Shown here: in pieces, positions 49,529-62,692 of the stretch
Position numbering within the stretch: the stretch's first letter is position 1
Layout of the letters: each line of letters starts with the position of its first letter
Assembly: GCA_965235115.1 (NCBI GenBank)
Contig: OZ249436.1
Coordinates: forward strand, 29,204,001-29,268,000
Direction of reading: 5' to 3'
DNA: 64,000 nt
Source: Laetmonice hystrix
Lineage: Eukaryota
The notes under the pieces: model-generated
What the model saw: the letters and a program-made list of their open reading frames with translations, nothing else
Told to the model about the DNA's origin: nothing
Database searches by the model: none
Translations under genes and position numbers: made by a program

Positions 49529-52500
49529 ATCCCATCCCCCCTGAAGGGGATGGGATCTTGAAGTTGTATGGTTTCATCTTCCCTATTATTATTATACATG
49601 TAGGGTGTAGTAGTAGTAGTAGTAGTCGTTAACCCATGGTCGTATTTTGGTCATTTTTTAAGATATCTTAATGAAACTTGGTGGGGAGATAGGTACTGGG
49701 ATTCTCTACTATGCAAATGAGTTATGACGTCATATGACGTAACGTCATGGAGTTATGACGTACTAATGGTTCCATGTATAAAGGCCAATATTTCATTGAA
49801 AATGGAGATTTTTTTTAAACAACTCATAGCATTGTTATTGGGACATGATCCCCTAAATTTTGTTTGGTCAATTTGACCTTTGACCTTTGACCTATATGAC
49901 ACTAAGGTCAAAATGTTGCAGTTACTTAAATCCCTACTAGTCCCACAAATTTTGAAGAAATTCCATAAAACTGAACTCAAGCAAGGACATTAGTGGCCTC
50001 AGTACAGGAACGTTTTGGGATGAGCGATTTGACCTATATTAAGGGAGTCACGTGACCTCAAAGATGAGTAAAATTGCAAGAAAGGAGTATTACTCAATTT
50101 ACAAGCTAAAAAAGCCTGATATCATTCACCATTTGTAGGTACTACTCACAAAAGTACGATGGCCCAAAATTACAATTTGTGGTACAGACTACTAAAATGC
50201 TTTCTTCACGGGTAACAACTGAAAATAGAGTGAAGGTGATATCTTTCGGAATTTTACCATTGGGTTCAGGATTTGACCGATTTCCCACGAATTTGAAAAA
50301 TCCAAGATGGCGGCCAAGTTGACCTAATTTCCGATTTCAGCACCATTGAATTGGGTAATAGGTCAACTGTCTCTGACTCCGAGATGGCTCCCCTAAATTC
50401 AGTAGTTTCTATGTTATGGGCCCTCAAAGTTGGCCCTTTTGGGTCATTTTCAACTAAAAATCAGTGATATCTCGAAAACGGTTAAAGATATCAATGTCTG
50501 GTTTTCACCATTAGGTTAAGGATGAAAACCTTGACCCATTTCCCCCGAATTTGAAAAATCCAAGATGGCGGCCAAGTTGACCTAATTTCCGATTTCAGCA
50601 CCATTGGATTGCATAATAGGTCAACTGTCTCTGACTCCGAGATGGCTCCCCTAAATTCAGTAGTTTCCATGTTATGGCCCCTCAAAGTTGGCCCTTTTAG
50701 GTCATTTTCAACCAAAAATCAGTGATATCTCGAAAACGGCTAAAGATATCAATGTCTGATTTGCACCATTAGGTTTAGGATGAAAAATATGACCCATTTT
50801 TCCTGAATTTAAAAAATCCAAGATGGCGGCCAAGTTGACCTAATTTCCGATTTCAGCACCATTGGATTCCATAATAGGTCAACTGTCTCTGACTCCGAGA
50901 TGGCTCCCCTAAATTCAGTAGTTTCCATGTTATGGCCCCTCAAAGTTGGCCCTTTTAGGTCATTTTCAACTAAAAATCAGTGATATCTCGAAAACGGCTA
51001 AAGATATCAATGTCTGGTTTGCACCATTAGGTTTAGGATGAAAAACATGACCCATTTTTCCTGAATTTAAAAAATCCAAGATGGCGGCCAAGTTGACCTA
51101 ATTTCCGATTTCAGCAGCATTGGATTGCATAATAGGTGAACTGTCTCTGACTCCGAGATGGCCCCCCTAAATTCAGTAGTTTTCATGTTATGGCCCCTCA
51201 AAGTTGGCCCTTTTAGGTCATTTTCAACCAAAAATCAGTGATATCTCGAAAACGGCTAAGGATATCAATGTCTGGTTTGCACCATAGGGTTTAGGATGAA
51301 AAACATGACCCATTTTCCCTGAATTTGAAAAATCCAAGATGGCGGCCAAGTTGACCTAATTTCCGATTTCAGCACCATTGGATTCCATAATAGGTCAACT
51401 GTCTCTGACTCCGAGATGGCTCCCCTAAATTCAGTAGTTTCCATGTTATGGCCCCTCAAAGTTGGCCCTTTTAGGTCATTTTCAACTAAAAATCAGTGAT
51501 ATCTCGAAAACGGCTAAAGATATCAATGTCTGGTTTGCACCATTAGGTTTAGGATGAAAAACATGACCCATTTTTCCTGAATTAAAAAAATCCAAGATGG
51601 CGGCCAAGTTGACCTAATTTCCGATTTCAGCAGCATTGGATTGCATAATAGGTGAACTGTCTCTGACTCCGAGATGGCCCCCCTAAATTCAGTAGTTTTC
51701 ATGTTATGGCCCCTCAAAGTTGGCTCTTTTAGGTCATTTTCAACCAAAAATCAGTGATATCTCGAAAACGGCTAAGGATATCAATGTCTGGTTTGCACCA
51801 TAGGGTTTAGGATGAAAAACATGACCCATTTTCCCTGAATTTGAAAAATCCAAGATGGCGGCCAAGTTGACCTAATTTCCGATTTCAGCACCATTGGATT
51901 CCATAATAGGTCAACTGTCTCTGACTCCGAGATGGCTCCCCTAAATTCAGTAGTTTCCATGTTATGGCCCCTCAAAGTTGGCCCTTTTAGGTCATTTTCA
52001 ACTAAAAATCAGTGATATCTCGAAAACGGCTAAAGATATCAATGTCTGGTTTGCACCATTAGGTTTAGGATGAAAAACATGACCCATTTTTCCTGAATTT
52101 AAAAAATCCAAGATGGCGGCCAAGTTGACCTAATTTCCGATTTCAGCACCATTGAATTCCATAATAGGTCAACTGTCTCTGACTCCGAGATGGCTCCCCT
52201 AAATTCAGTAGTTTCCATGTTATGGCCCCTCAAAGTTGGCCCTTTTAGGTCATTTTCAACTAAAAATCAGTGATATCTCGAAAACGGCTAAAGATATCAA
52301 TGTCTGGTTTGCACCATTAGGTTTAGGATGAAAAACATGACCCATTTTTCCTGAATTAAAAAAATCCAAGATGGCGGCCAAGTTGACCTAATTTCCGATT
52401 TCAGCAGCATTGGATTGCATAATAGGTGAACTGTCTCTGACTCCGAGATGGCCCCCCTAAATTCAGTAGTTTTCATGTTATGGCCCCTCAAAGTTGGCCC

Positions 52501-54184
52501 TTTTAGGTCATTTTCAACCAAAAATCAGTGATATCTCGAAAACGGCTAAGGATATCAATGTCTGGTTTGCACCATAGGGTTTAGGATGAAAAACATGACC
52601 CATTTTCCCTGAATTTGAAAAATCCAAGATGGCGGCCAAGTTGACCTAATTTCCGATTTCAGCACCATTGGATTCCATAATAGGTCAACTGTCTCTGACT
52701 CCGAGATGGCTCCCCTAAATTCAGTAGTTTCCATGTTATGGCCCCTCAAAGTTGGCCCTTTTAGGTCATTTTCAACTAAAAATCAGTGATATCTCGAAAA
52801 CGGCTAAAGATATCAATGTCTGGTTTGCACCATTAGGTTTAGGATGAAAAACATGACCCATTTCCCCCGAATTTGAAAAATCCAAGATGGCGGCCAAGTT
52901 GACCTAATTTCCGATTTTAGCACCATTGGATTCCATAATAGGTCAACTGTCTCTGACTCCGAGATGGCTCCCCTAAATTCAGTAATTTCCATGTTATGGC
53001 CCCTCAAAGTTGGCCCTTTTGGGTCATTTTCAACCAGAAATCAGTGAAAACTTGACCCATTTCCCCCGAATTTGAAAAATCCAAGATGGCGGCCAATTTG
53101 ACCTAATTTCCGATTTCAGCACCATTCGATTGCATAATAGGTCAACTGTCCCTGACTCCGAGATGGCTCCCCTAAATTCAGTAGTTTCCATGTTATGGCC
53201 CCTCAAAGTTGGCCCTATTGGGTCATTTTCAACCAAAAATCAGTGATATCTCGAAAACGGTTAAAGATATCAATGTCTGGTTTTCACCATTAGGTTTAGG
53301 ATGATTGACCCATTTCCCCCGAATTTGAAAAATCCAAGATGGCGGCAAAGTTGACCTAATTTCCGGTTTCAGCACCATTCGATTCCATAATAGGTCAACT
53401 GTCTCTGACTCCGAGATGCCTCCCCTAAATTCAGTAGTTTCCATGTTATGGCCCCTCAAAGTTGGCCCTATTGGGTCATTTTCAACCAAAAATCAGTGAT
53501 ATCTCGAAAACGGTTAAAGATATCAATGCTTGGTTTTGACCATTGGGTTTATGAGGAAGTCATACATCTTTGGTTTGACACGATTATTTTTTAGGTCACA
53601 TGACCTATGACGGCATAAAGATTTCAATATTATCTCAGGACTATAAATGGTAAATGGTTGAATTTAGAGGCATAGCTACTATTAATGTCAAATAGGAAGT
53701 GATATATATGCTCTTTCATTTCGCACAATATTATTTTAGGTCACGTGACCGATGATGTCATAATAATGTCATCAATATTTTCTCAGGGCTATAACTTGTA
53801 AATGGTTCAAGTTAGAGCCATAGTTACTATTAAACACTAATAGGAAATCATACATTCTCTTTCGTCTGACACCACTATAATTCAGGTCACGTGAACTATG
53901 ACGTCATAATGGTGCTATCTATATTTTCTCAGGGTTATAACTTGTAACTGGTGGAAGATAGAGTCAGTAATGGGACATATGACGTCATAATGATGTCATT
54001 GCCATCTTCTAAGGCTCATAACTCAGAAACGATGCAAGATAAAGCCCTACTTCTTAAAAGGAAAAGAAAAGGTACATAGCAAATGACATAAAAAGGCCCT
54101 TGCTACATAGGCTATGTAAATATGCATGCCTATCCTTCCTAGAGGGGATGGGATCTCATGTGGCCCCTGCCACATGGCGTCTAG
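49529..54184 (+). mobile_element. Family B CTAG-terminated element carrying a satellite array
   Basis: Head hairpin atcccatccccctgaaggggatgggat; tail ggggatgggat + hairpin catgtggcccctgccacatg + gcgtctag. Confidence 0.7.
50230..53545. repeat. Tandem satellite, 258-bp unit, about 13 copies
   Basis: ccaagatggcggc at 50302, 50560, 50818, 51076, 51334, 51592, 51850, 52108, 52366, 52624, 52882 (258 spacing), then shorter units at ~53081 and ~53334. Confidence 0.95.
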
Positions 54185-54848
54185 TTATTATTATTATTAT
54201 TCCTGTTGTAAGACAAAGTGTATATCTCGGTCACTTTTTAAGATAGCAGGTTGAAACTTGCAGGGAGGGTTCATCATGGGATGAAGATCTGTGCATATGA
54301 AGCAGGACTTCATGCGACGTCATGTCTTGGTTTTATGACGTCTCAAACACGTCACATGGAGCATCAATTTATCAACTCCCAACACAAAACTACTGTTACT
54401 TGGGGAAATATTGGTTATAGATCCTCTTCGTGGATGGTTCTCTAAGATACTTGTTCCATAACTTGACCTTGGATCATTACCCTTTCTGAGATTCGGGTCA
54501 AAGGTCACAATATGGTTAAATCCTTACTACTCTCTCATTTTTTTGAAAATCTTGACCAAACCACTTCTGGATGTTCCTAGTGGATAGCTTAAAATTGTGG
54601 GGCCGTTGTTTAGCGATCGGACCTTTTTTCACTGAATCACGTGACATCAAAGTTTGATTCTTTGGTCAGTTTACCAGAAATCGGTCATATCTCTGGCAGT
54701 TTTTAACAGATCTTAATGAAACTTGGTAGGCTGAAAGAGGATGGGATGCTGAGCTAGATTTATGCAAACTTTTTTCTGTGACGTCACTCTTTTGTGTCAT
54801 GAGGTCATCCACCTATTTCAAATAGCACCCAGGTACCTCAATACCCGT

Positions 54849-54919
54849 GAGTCTCAATAGCTGAGTGGGTAGCATGCCCGACCTAAAGGCTGGAGATCAT
54901 CGGTTCGAATCCCACCAAG
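54849..54919 (+). other. tRNA-derived segment (SINE-head-like) inside family A element; further copies ~55221, ~56347, ~56741, ~57799, ~58171
   Basis: A box-like tagctgagtgggtagca and B box ggttcgaatccc; acceptor stem does not pair, so not a functional tRNA. Confidence 0.65.
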
Positions 54920-57900
54920 TACTAAAATTTTTTTCTAATTTTTCACACTCTGAAAACCAAAACACCACCAGGCAGGATATGAGGCCTTGTCACAGTCATA
55001 GTTATGAAATGTTTTGACATACATGGTTCTCAAATATAAAGTTTACCAGAAATCGGTCATATCTCTGGCCGTTTTTAACAGATCTTAACGAAACTTAATA
55101 GGCTTAAAGAGGATGGGATGCTGAGCTAGATTTATGCAAACTTTTTTCTGTGACGTCACTCTTTTGTGTCATGACGTCATCCACCTATTTCAAATAGGAC
55201 CTAGGTACCTCTACAGGCGTGAGTCTCAATAGATGAGTTGGTAGCATGCCCGACCAAAAGGCCGGAGATCATGGGTTCGAATCCCACCAAATACGGAATT
55301 TTTTTTTCTCATTTTTCAGACTCTGAATACCAAAACACCACCAGGCAGGATATGAGGCCTTGTCAAAATCATAGTTATGAAATATTTTGACATACATGGT
55401 TTTCAGAGATAATTTTCCCATAACTTGACCTCTGTCAATTACCCTTTCTGAGATTTGGGACAAAGGTTCCAGGACTGACAGTAAAACCAAGATGGCAGAG
55501 TGGTAAGGCTATGGGCCACTTTAGTTACTTGATAGCATACGAATGGCACCTGGCGTTTTCCTCATGACGTCCGGAGGAAATGGGATTAGTGTATTGCTTG
55601 CAATCATGATGTCTAGTTATTATTATCCCATTTCCCTGACGGGGAAATGGGATTTTGATTTTGTATGGTTTCGTCTACACTATTATTATTATTATTATTC
55701 CTGTTGTAAGACAAAGTGTATATCTCGGTCACTTTTTAAGATATCAGGTTGAAACTTGCACGGAAGTTCCATCATGGGATGAAGATCTATGCATATGAAG
55801 CAGGACGTCATGCGACGTCATGTCTTGGTTTTATGACGTCTCAAACACGTCACATGGAGCATCACTTCATCAACTCCCAACACAAAACTACTGTTACTTG
55901 GGGAAATATTGGTTATAGATCCTCTTCGTGGATGGTTCTCTAAGATACTTGTTCCATAACTTGACCTTGGATCATTACCCTTTCTGAGATTCGGGTCAAA
56001 GGTCACAATATGGTTAAATCCTTACTACTCTCTCATTTTTTTGAAAATCTTGACCAAGCCACTTCTGGATGTTCCTAGTGGATAGCTTAAAATTGTGGGG
56101 CCGTTGTTTAGCGATCGGATCTTTTTTCACTGAATCACGTGACATCAAAGTTTGATTCTTTGGTCAGTTTACCAGAAATCGGTCATATCTCTGGCAGTTT
56201 TTAACAGATCTTAATGAAACTTGGTAGGCTTAAAGAGGATGGGATGCTGAGCTAGATTTATGCAAACTTTTTTCTGTGACGTCACTCTTTTGTGTCATGA
56301 AGTCATCCACCTATTTGTAATAGGACCTAGGTACCTCTACAATCATGAGTCTCAATAGCTGAGTGGGTAGCATGCCCGACCTAAAGGCTGGAGATCATCG
56401 GTTCGAATCCCACCAAGTACGAAAACTTTTTTCTCATTTTTCACACTCTGAAAACCAAAACACCACCAGGCAGGATATGAGGCCTTGTCACAGTCATAGT
56501 TATGAAATGTTTTGACATACATGGTTCTCAAAGATAAAGTTTACCAGAAATCGGTCATATCCCTGGCAGTTTTTAACAGATCTTAATGAATCATTCATAG
56601 GTCTTTGATGAAACTTAGTAGGCTTAAAGAGGATGGGATGCTGAGCTAGATTTATGCAAACTTTTTTCTGTGACGTCACTCTTTTGTGTCATGACGTCAT
56701 CCACCTACTTCAAATAGGACCTAGGTACCTCTACAAGCATGAGTCTCAATAGCTGAGTGGGTAGCATGCCCGACCTAAAGGCTAGAGATCATGGGTTCGA
56801 ATCCCACCAAATACGGAATTTTTTTTTTCTCATTTTTCAGACTCTGAATACCAAAACACCACCAGGCAGGATATGAGACCTTGTCAAAATCATAGTTATG
56901 AAATATTTTGACATACATGGTTTTCAGAGATAATTTTCCCATAACTTGACCTCTGTCAATTACCCTTTCTGAGATTTGGGACAAAGGTTCCAGGACTGAC
57001 AGTAAAACCAAGATGGCAGAGTGGTAAGGCTATGGGCCACTTTAGTTACTTGATAGCATACGAATGGCACCTGGCGTTTTCCTCATGACGTCCGGAGGAA
57101 ATGGGATTAGTGTATTGCTTGCAATCATGATGTCTAGTTATTATTATTATTCCTGTTGTAAGACAAAGTGTATATCTCGGTCACTTTTTAAGATAGCAGG
57201 TTGAAACTTGCAGGGAGGGTTCATCATGGGATGAAGATCTGTGCATATGAAGCAGGACTTCATGCGACGTCATGTCTTGGTTTTATGACGTCTCAAACAC
57301 GGCACATGGAGCATCAATTTATCAACTCCCAACACAAAACAACTGTTACTTGGGGAAATATTGGTTATAGATCCTCTTCGTGGATGGTTCTCTAAGATAC
57401 TTGTTCCATAACTTGACCTTCGATCATTACCTTTTCTGAGATTCGGGTCAAAGGTCACAATATGGTTAATTCCTTACTACTCTCTCATTTTTATGAAAAT
57501 CTTGACCAAACCACTTCTGGATGTTCCTAGTGGATAGCTTAAAATTGTGGGGCCGTTGTTTAGCGATCGGACCTTTTTTCACTGAATCACGTGACATCAA
57601 AGTTTGATTTTTTGGTCAGTTTACCAGAAATCGGTCATATCTCTGGCAGTTTTTAACTGATCTTAATGAAACTTGGTAGACTTAAAGAGGATGGGATGCT
57701 GAGCTAGATTTATGCAAACTTTTTTCTGTGACGTCACTCTTTTGTGTCATGAAGTCATCCACCTATTTCAAATAGGACCCAGGTACCTCTATACCCGTGA
57801 GTCTCAATAGCTGAGTGGGTAGCATGCCCGACCTAAAGGCTGGAGATCATCGGTTCGAATCCCACCAAGTACAAAAACTTTTTTCTCATTTTTCACACTC

Positions 57901-59214
57901 TGAAAACCAAAGCACCACCAGGCAGCATATGAGGCCTTGTCACAGTCATAGTTATGAAATGTTTTGACATACATGGTTCTCAAAGATAAAGTTTACCAGA
58001 AATCGGTCATATCTCTGGCAGTTTTTAACAGATCTTAACGAAACTTAATAGGCTTAAAGAGGATGGGATGCTGAGCTAGATTTATGCAAACTTTTTTCTG
58101 TGACGTCACTCTTTTGTGTCATGACGTCATCCACCTATTTCAAATAGGACCTAGGTACCTCTACAAGCGTGAGTCTCAATAGCTGAGTTGGTAGCATGCC
58201 CGACCTAAAGGCCGGAGATCATGGGTTCGAATCCCACCAAATACGGAATTTTTTTTCTCATTTTTCAGACTCTGAATACCAAAACACCACCAGGCAGGAT
58301 ATGAGGCCTTGTCAAAATCATAGTTATGAAATATTTTGACATACATGGTTTTCAGAGATAATTTTCCCATAACTTGACCTCTGTCAATTACCCTTTCTGA
58401 GATTTGGGACAAAGGTTCCAGGACTGACAGTGACAGTAAAACCAAGATGGCAGAGTGGTAAGGCTATGGGCCACTTTAGTTACTTGATAGCATACGAATG
58501 GCACCTGGCGTTTTCCTCATGACGTCCGGAGGAAATGGGATTAGTGTATTGCTTGCAATCATGATGTCTAGTTTTGTAATTGAGATTACTGGAAATGCGC
58601 CGTTCCAAGTGTTTATTTCGCGTTCCTGAAAATCGCGAAATTAAAACACACGCGAAAAATACCTGATTTACAGTATCGGGAAGATAGGATCGTCCCCCTC
58701 CTTCATGACGATACATGTGTTTGCTTATTATCGTGCGTGATAAAGGGATGTTGACAAAGCGAATACCCATGGCAGACAAACGCGTGGACAAACATAACCA
58801 TAATGCCTATTTGCAGGTGCCTGCATATGAATATCTCGTTCAAGAATCATTGACAGTAGCTCTATCCTAAAATACGTTCATGTCTAGGGAAAAGTGGGGC
58901 GTTAAGCCACAGGGGGTAGGAACAACTCGCAAAGCAATAGTCCTTTCTCGACCCTTCAACTTTTTGTGGAGAAGATCACACTTCATGCAAAAATGTGTGG
59001 AGACTCAACAAGTGAATTCTGGCTGAGAGCCGTGTGTGACAAGTATGCCTATACATAGGGAGTACTGCAACATGGGCAGACTGGAGAGACATCAACGTTT
59101 AGTGTGAAATGACATTTTAACAGTCTGTTTTTGTTTGTTTTGACTTTTATCCAGTACTTACACAATGTTAACCAATACTATATATTCAAATGATGAGACT
59201 CAAGTCATTTAGTA

Positions 59215-59490
59215 TTATTTAGGGTAGCCACGTGACCGGACTATGGCGGCCATCCTTGTATGGATTATCCTGAGGAGATGTCGATCTTTTTTCGCTGTAG
59301 ATTTTCTCAGCCGACCACTTCTGTAAAACCTTTTCTTATCTTCAGTTTCTTGGTACCTCGCCCATACCCGGTAAACTGTTTCGGCCGAAACACGATTTCT
59401 TCCCGTTCTGCATTTGTAAGACCTCGTACTTTTGGCATGGTGACACCAAAGCGAACGTCCTTCTGCACTCTGACTAAGCTTTCCATACAA
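59215..59490 (-). mobile_element. Internally deleted Tc1/mariner transposase remnant
   Basis: VSAETVYRVWARYQETEDKKRFYRSGRLRKSTAKKDRHLLR (Tc1 N-terminal HTH with GRPR-like motif) fused directly to RMAAIVRSRGYPK (Tc1 C-terminal motif); DDE core missing. Confidence 0.7.
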
Positions 59491-60534
59491 ATTTATACAA
59501 CAAACGTCGACATCAAATATCTAATATGAAAGTGAAAGGACACGGTTGAATTCGGGCATGTTGCAATACTTTTGTTCAGTGAGTGTATACCACATAAACT
59601 GGTGGACTCGCTGGTCACTGGCCGTAGTCCATGCAGTCTGCTGATTGGGATGGGGAACTTCTTTGATACCATTTTGCCCACACGTGTATGCATGGCCGAG
59701 ATGGTTGGCCAACAGTTCACAACTCAGCAGCGTGTCTTTATGGCCAAAACAGGTTGAAGAACAGGTAGGTGGTGAATGAAATGTCATCAAAAATTAATGT
59801 TAATGTTGATAATAAAAAGAGACAACGAAAATTAGTAAATGATAATCGTAATTACAAATAAAGCAAAAAGAATAAAGAATAAATAAAGAATAAGAATAAA
59901 CAATAAAGGAAAGAAAATGCAATGGAGAAAAAGAAGAAAAGATATAAATCTGTTGAGAAAAGAAGACTTTTCGCATGTTTATGATAATGCATTCGTGCAT
60001 TTTGAAGCATAAAATAACTTTTAATTTAGAGAAAGCTTGGACTGTCGAGTGTGTGTGTGCACTGTAGGCCTAGTCCAGTGAGTGCTTGCAACTTTTTGAA
60101 GTTAGGGGAGCTTGGGCTCTGGGGGAGGGGGGTGTACGGACCCTGCGCAACCCCCCCCCCCTCGCGGTATAGGTTTTGAAAACACGGGACAAAAAGCTTA
60201 GGGGTGCCATTTTGCCCCATCTTCCCCTATGGACGTCTGATGACTGCCCAGTCGATTAAAACATGTTAATTAGGCACCATATTTTGGACTGGGGCTTAAT
60301 ACATGATACTTTTTTTCTAAAAGTGATTTTTTTCCAAAGCGTAACATCGTAGATCTATCCACAACATCCCCCAACATCTGAATAGTCTAGGTTAGGATTT
60401 CCATGGTAAGGCCTAGAATTCGTAAAGAAAGTGTGGTACCTAATGTCCCCTTTGCCCTATACCTGGAGAACGAAAAAGACAAATAAAACCGAAATGAAAT
60501 AAGTTTGGCCTTGATTTTCTGTCTGTCGGAGTAC

Positions 60535-62015
60535 AGGTGTACTAAGCCCAAACCACTCTACCCTCAAACCACTATGGTAGTAGTTTGAGCGTACGCCCAA
60601 ACTACTCTAGAGTGCTTTGGGCGTACACTCAGACTACTCTAGAGTGGTTTGAGCGTAAGTCAGCCTACGCTCAGATGACTACCCTGCCAACGCCCACTAC
60701 ACTACTGTTATGCTCAGAACACTCTACCCACTCCCAAAACACTACCCTCGCTTAATTTAGCTACAACTCCCGGGATTGGTTCAAAAACCTTCTTCTCCTT
60801 CTCCTTCTCCTTCCTCTCCTCCTCCCTTTTCTTCTTGTTCTTGTTCTTCTTTCTTCTAGACATTGATAATACCGAAATCCCGCCTAATTTTCAACGGTGA
60901 TTTCGGTATTTAGATTGGATTTCGGTATTTGTCTGGGGTGATTTCGGTCTATAGTTTATAATCACGTAGGCCGATAGTGGGAATCCCTCGTCGCGGCAGA
61001 TCAAACGCGTATCGGCCTAATAATTATGAGGGGGGGCTTGCGCAGTGCCGTGCGCAGGATTTTTTGAGCCGGGGGGTGTTTACACTTTTACACTTAGGCC
61101 GTGGAACTGGGTGAGCGCCGAAGGCACGAAGCCATGCTGGGGGGGGGGGCCCTCTGGAAAATTTTGAAATTTAAGTTGTTATTTGGCAAGACGCCCCCTT
61201 TAAGGGTCAAAGCATTACCAGGCCGTCCCGTGTTATCAGAATGAGTAGTTTTCGTGTGGAAAGAAACCTAGGCCTACATATATTTTAGCTACTCATTGCT
61301 AGTAAGCTTTGGTTGTATCCTTTTTACAAAATTAAAAAATGAAATATTTCGAATACAATTGCAAAGGGGCCCCCCTGGATGCGTCTTGCCCCACCCACAG
61401 GGGGGGGCGTCTTCTCCGAAAGGGGCGTCTCGCCCCACTCGACTCTTAGAGCACAAAATAAGGTCTGATATGACATGTCAAAGGTGATAATTTTCAAGAA
61501 TTTTTGTGAATGGGGGATTACAGACACCCCGACCCCCCCTGCACACGGCCCGGGGGAATCCCTCCTTTTTCACCAAAGAAAAAGTTTGTTTCTGTTATTT
61601 GACATGAAGTGTAATTTTTGACCTTCACAATTGCACTCAAAGTGCAACAGATCACTCCATAGAGGGAGTCTAGTCCTAAAATCTATTTCTGAACTATGCG
61701 TCAGAGCCCCTAACTTTACCTGATTCCTCTGTCACGAACACCCGCTGCAAACATTAAAATAAAAGTCAGACAAGTTTCAGGACTCCCCCCTCCCCCTCCA
61801 CTTTCAGAATCCCCCCTTTCAAAAGGAATTGACGGCCGTGGGTGGGGTAGTGTTTTAAGCGTGGGTAGTGTTTTGAGATTTCTAGGGGTAGTGCTTTGAA
61901 CGTGACAGTAGTGCTTTGGGCGTATCCCCAAACCACTACGGTAGTGGTTTGAGCTTACGCTCAAAACACTACCGTAGTGGTTTGAGCGGGGTAGTCATTT
62001 GAGGGTGTTACACCG
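60535..62015. mobile_element. Inverted-repeat element with repeated subterminal motifs, containing nested smaller MITEs
   Basis: Left ggtgtac..ctcaaaccactatggtagtagtttgagcgta pairs with right tacgctcaaaacactaccgtagtggtttgag..ttacacc. Confidence 0.55.
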
Positions 62016-62066
62016 GCGCCGTTAAATAGGCATGCGTTTCACAATGATATCAGGAATAATATTCAC

Positions 62067-62692
62067 GTAGAGTAGCGTGGGGCAAGGCGTAAGACGCCCT
62101 GCAGATGGCATGTCTCGCTTGTAATTGCTTCAAATCTCCACCTAGCGTCTCTAGAAGCTTTATGCGGGACCGGAAGACGTCACGTCCGACCAGCTACACG
62201 CCAAGCCAGTTTTCCGGCGAGTAGATCCAAAAAATTGTTTTTGTCCCTTTTTGAGTACAGTCTGAACTCAACATTATCTATCTGAAAAAGGGAGACTATG
62301 TTGATCCCTTGAAAAACTATCAGATGTCGATTAAAATGTCAGACGTACCCTTGAATTCGCGGTCCAGCTTGCTTGGGGGATAGATAACGTGATGGCTGGG
62401 ACAAGACATCTTCATCAGCATGGGGCAAGACGCCCCATACTAAAACATGATTAAACACTCAAAATTGATGTGGAGCAGGACGCCCGAATCATGGGACAAA
62501 ACGCCGTTTTCGATTTTTTAAAAATAAAAAGTATTTTTAAACATTCTTTCAGAGACTGAAGTTAATTAAATTTACCCTTCATAGGTGCATCGGTACTGCT
62601 TCGATACCTGAGAGAGTTGGCCTGTTTGTGAGTATTATGAAGGATATATGGGGTGATAAATTAGGGGTGCGCCTTGCTCCAAGCTACTCTAC
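62067..62692. mobile_element. MITE
   Basis: TIRs gtagagtagcgtggggcaaggcg / cgccttgctccaagctactctac; internal ggggcaagacgccc repeats. Confidence 0.6.

Larger units (their letters stand above)
49400..58571 (+). mobile_element. Nested stack of three copies of a ~1.5 kb CTAG-terminated non-autonomous element (family A; Helitron/Helentron-like) plus one family B element
   Basis: Heads atcccatttccctgacggggaaatgggat at 49400, 49466, ~55625; near-identical bodies 54186-55616, ~55690-57137, 57138-58571 each ending aaatgggat..attgcttgcaat..gtctag. Confidence 0.75.
49189..58675. mobile_element. MITE (TA-flanked CTGT..ACAG ends) split by a ~9.2 kb nested insertion
   Basis: Inverted ends tactgtaaatca (49189) / tgatttacagta (58664-58675) with cgcg-rich subterminal sequence on both sides. 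Confidence 0.55.

Noticed and set aside
50491..53489. Repeated 64-86 aa minus-strand ORFs (MRGHNMETTEFRGAISES...)
   Set aside because: By-products of the 258-bp satellite; no recognisable domain.
50230..53545. CRISPR-like regular repeats
   Set aside because: Whole 258-bp units are repeated with no unique spacers, no cas genes, and a eukaryotic context.
54849..58240. tRNA genes
   Set aside because: Acceptor stems do not pair and the copies are embedded in a repeated mobile element.
59572..59757. Possible second transposase start (QFTTQQRVFMA)
   Set aside because: Too short and terminated immediately; cannot be supported without a search.
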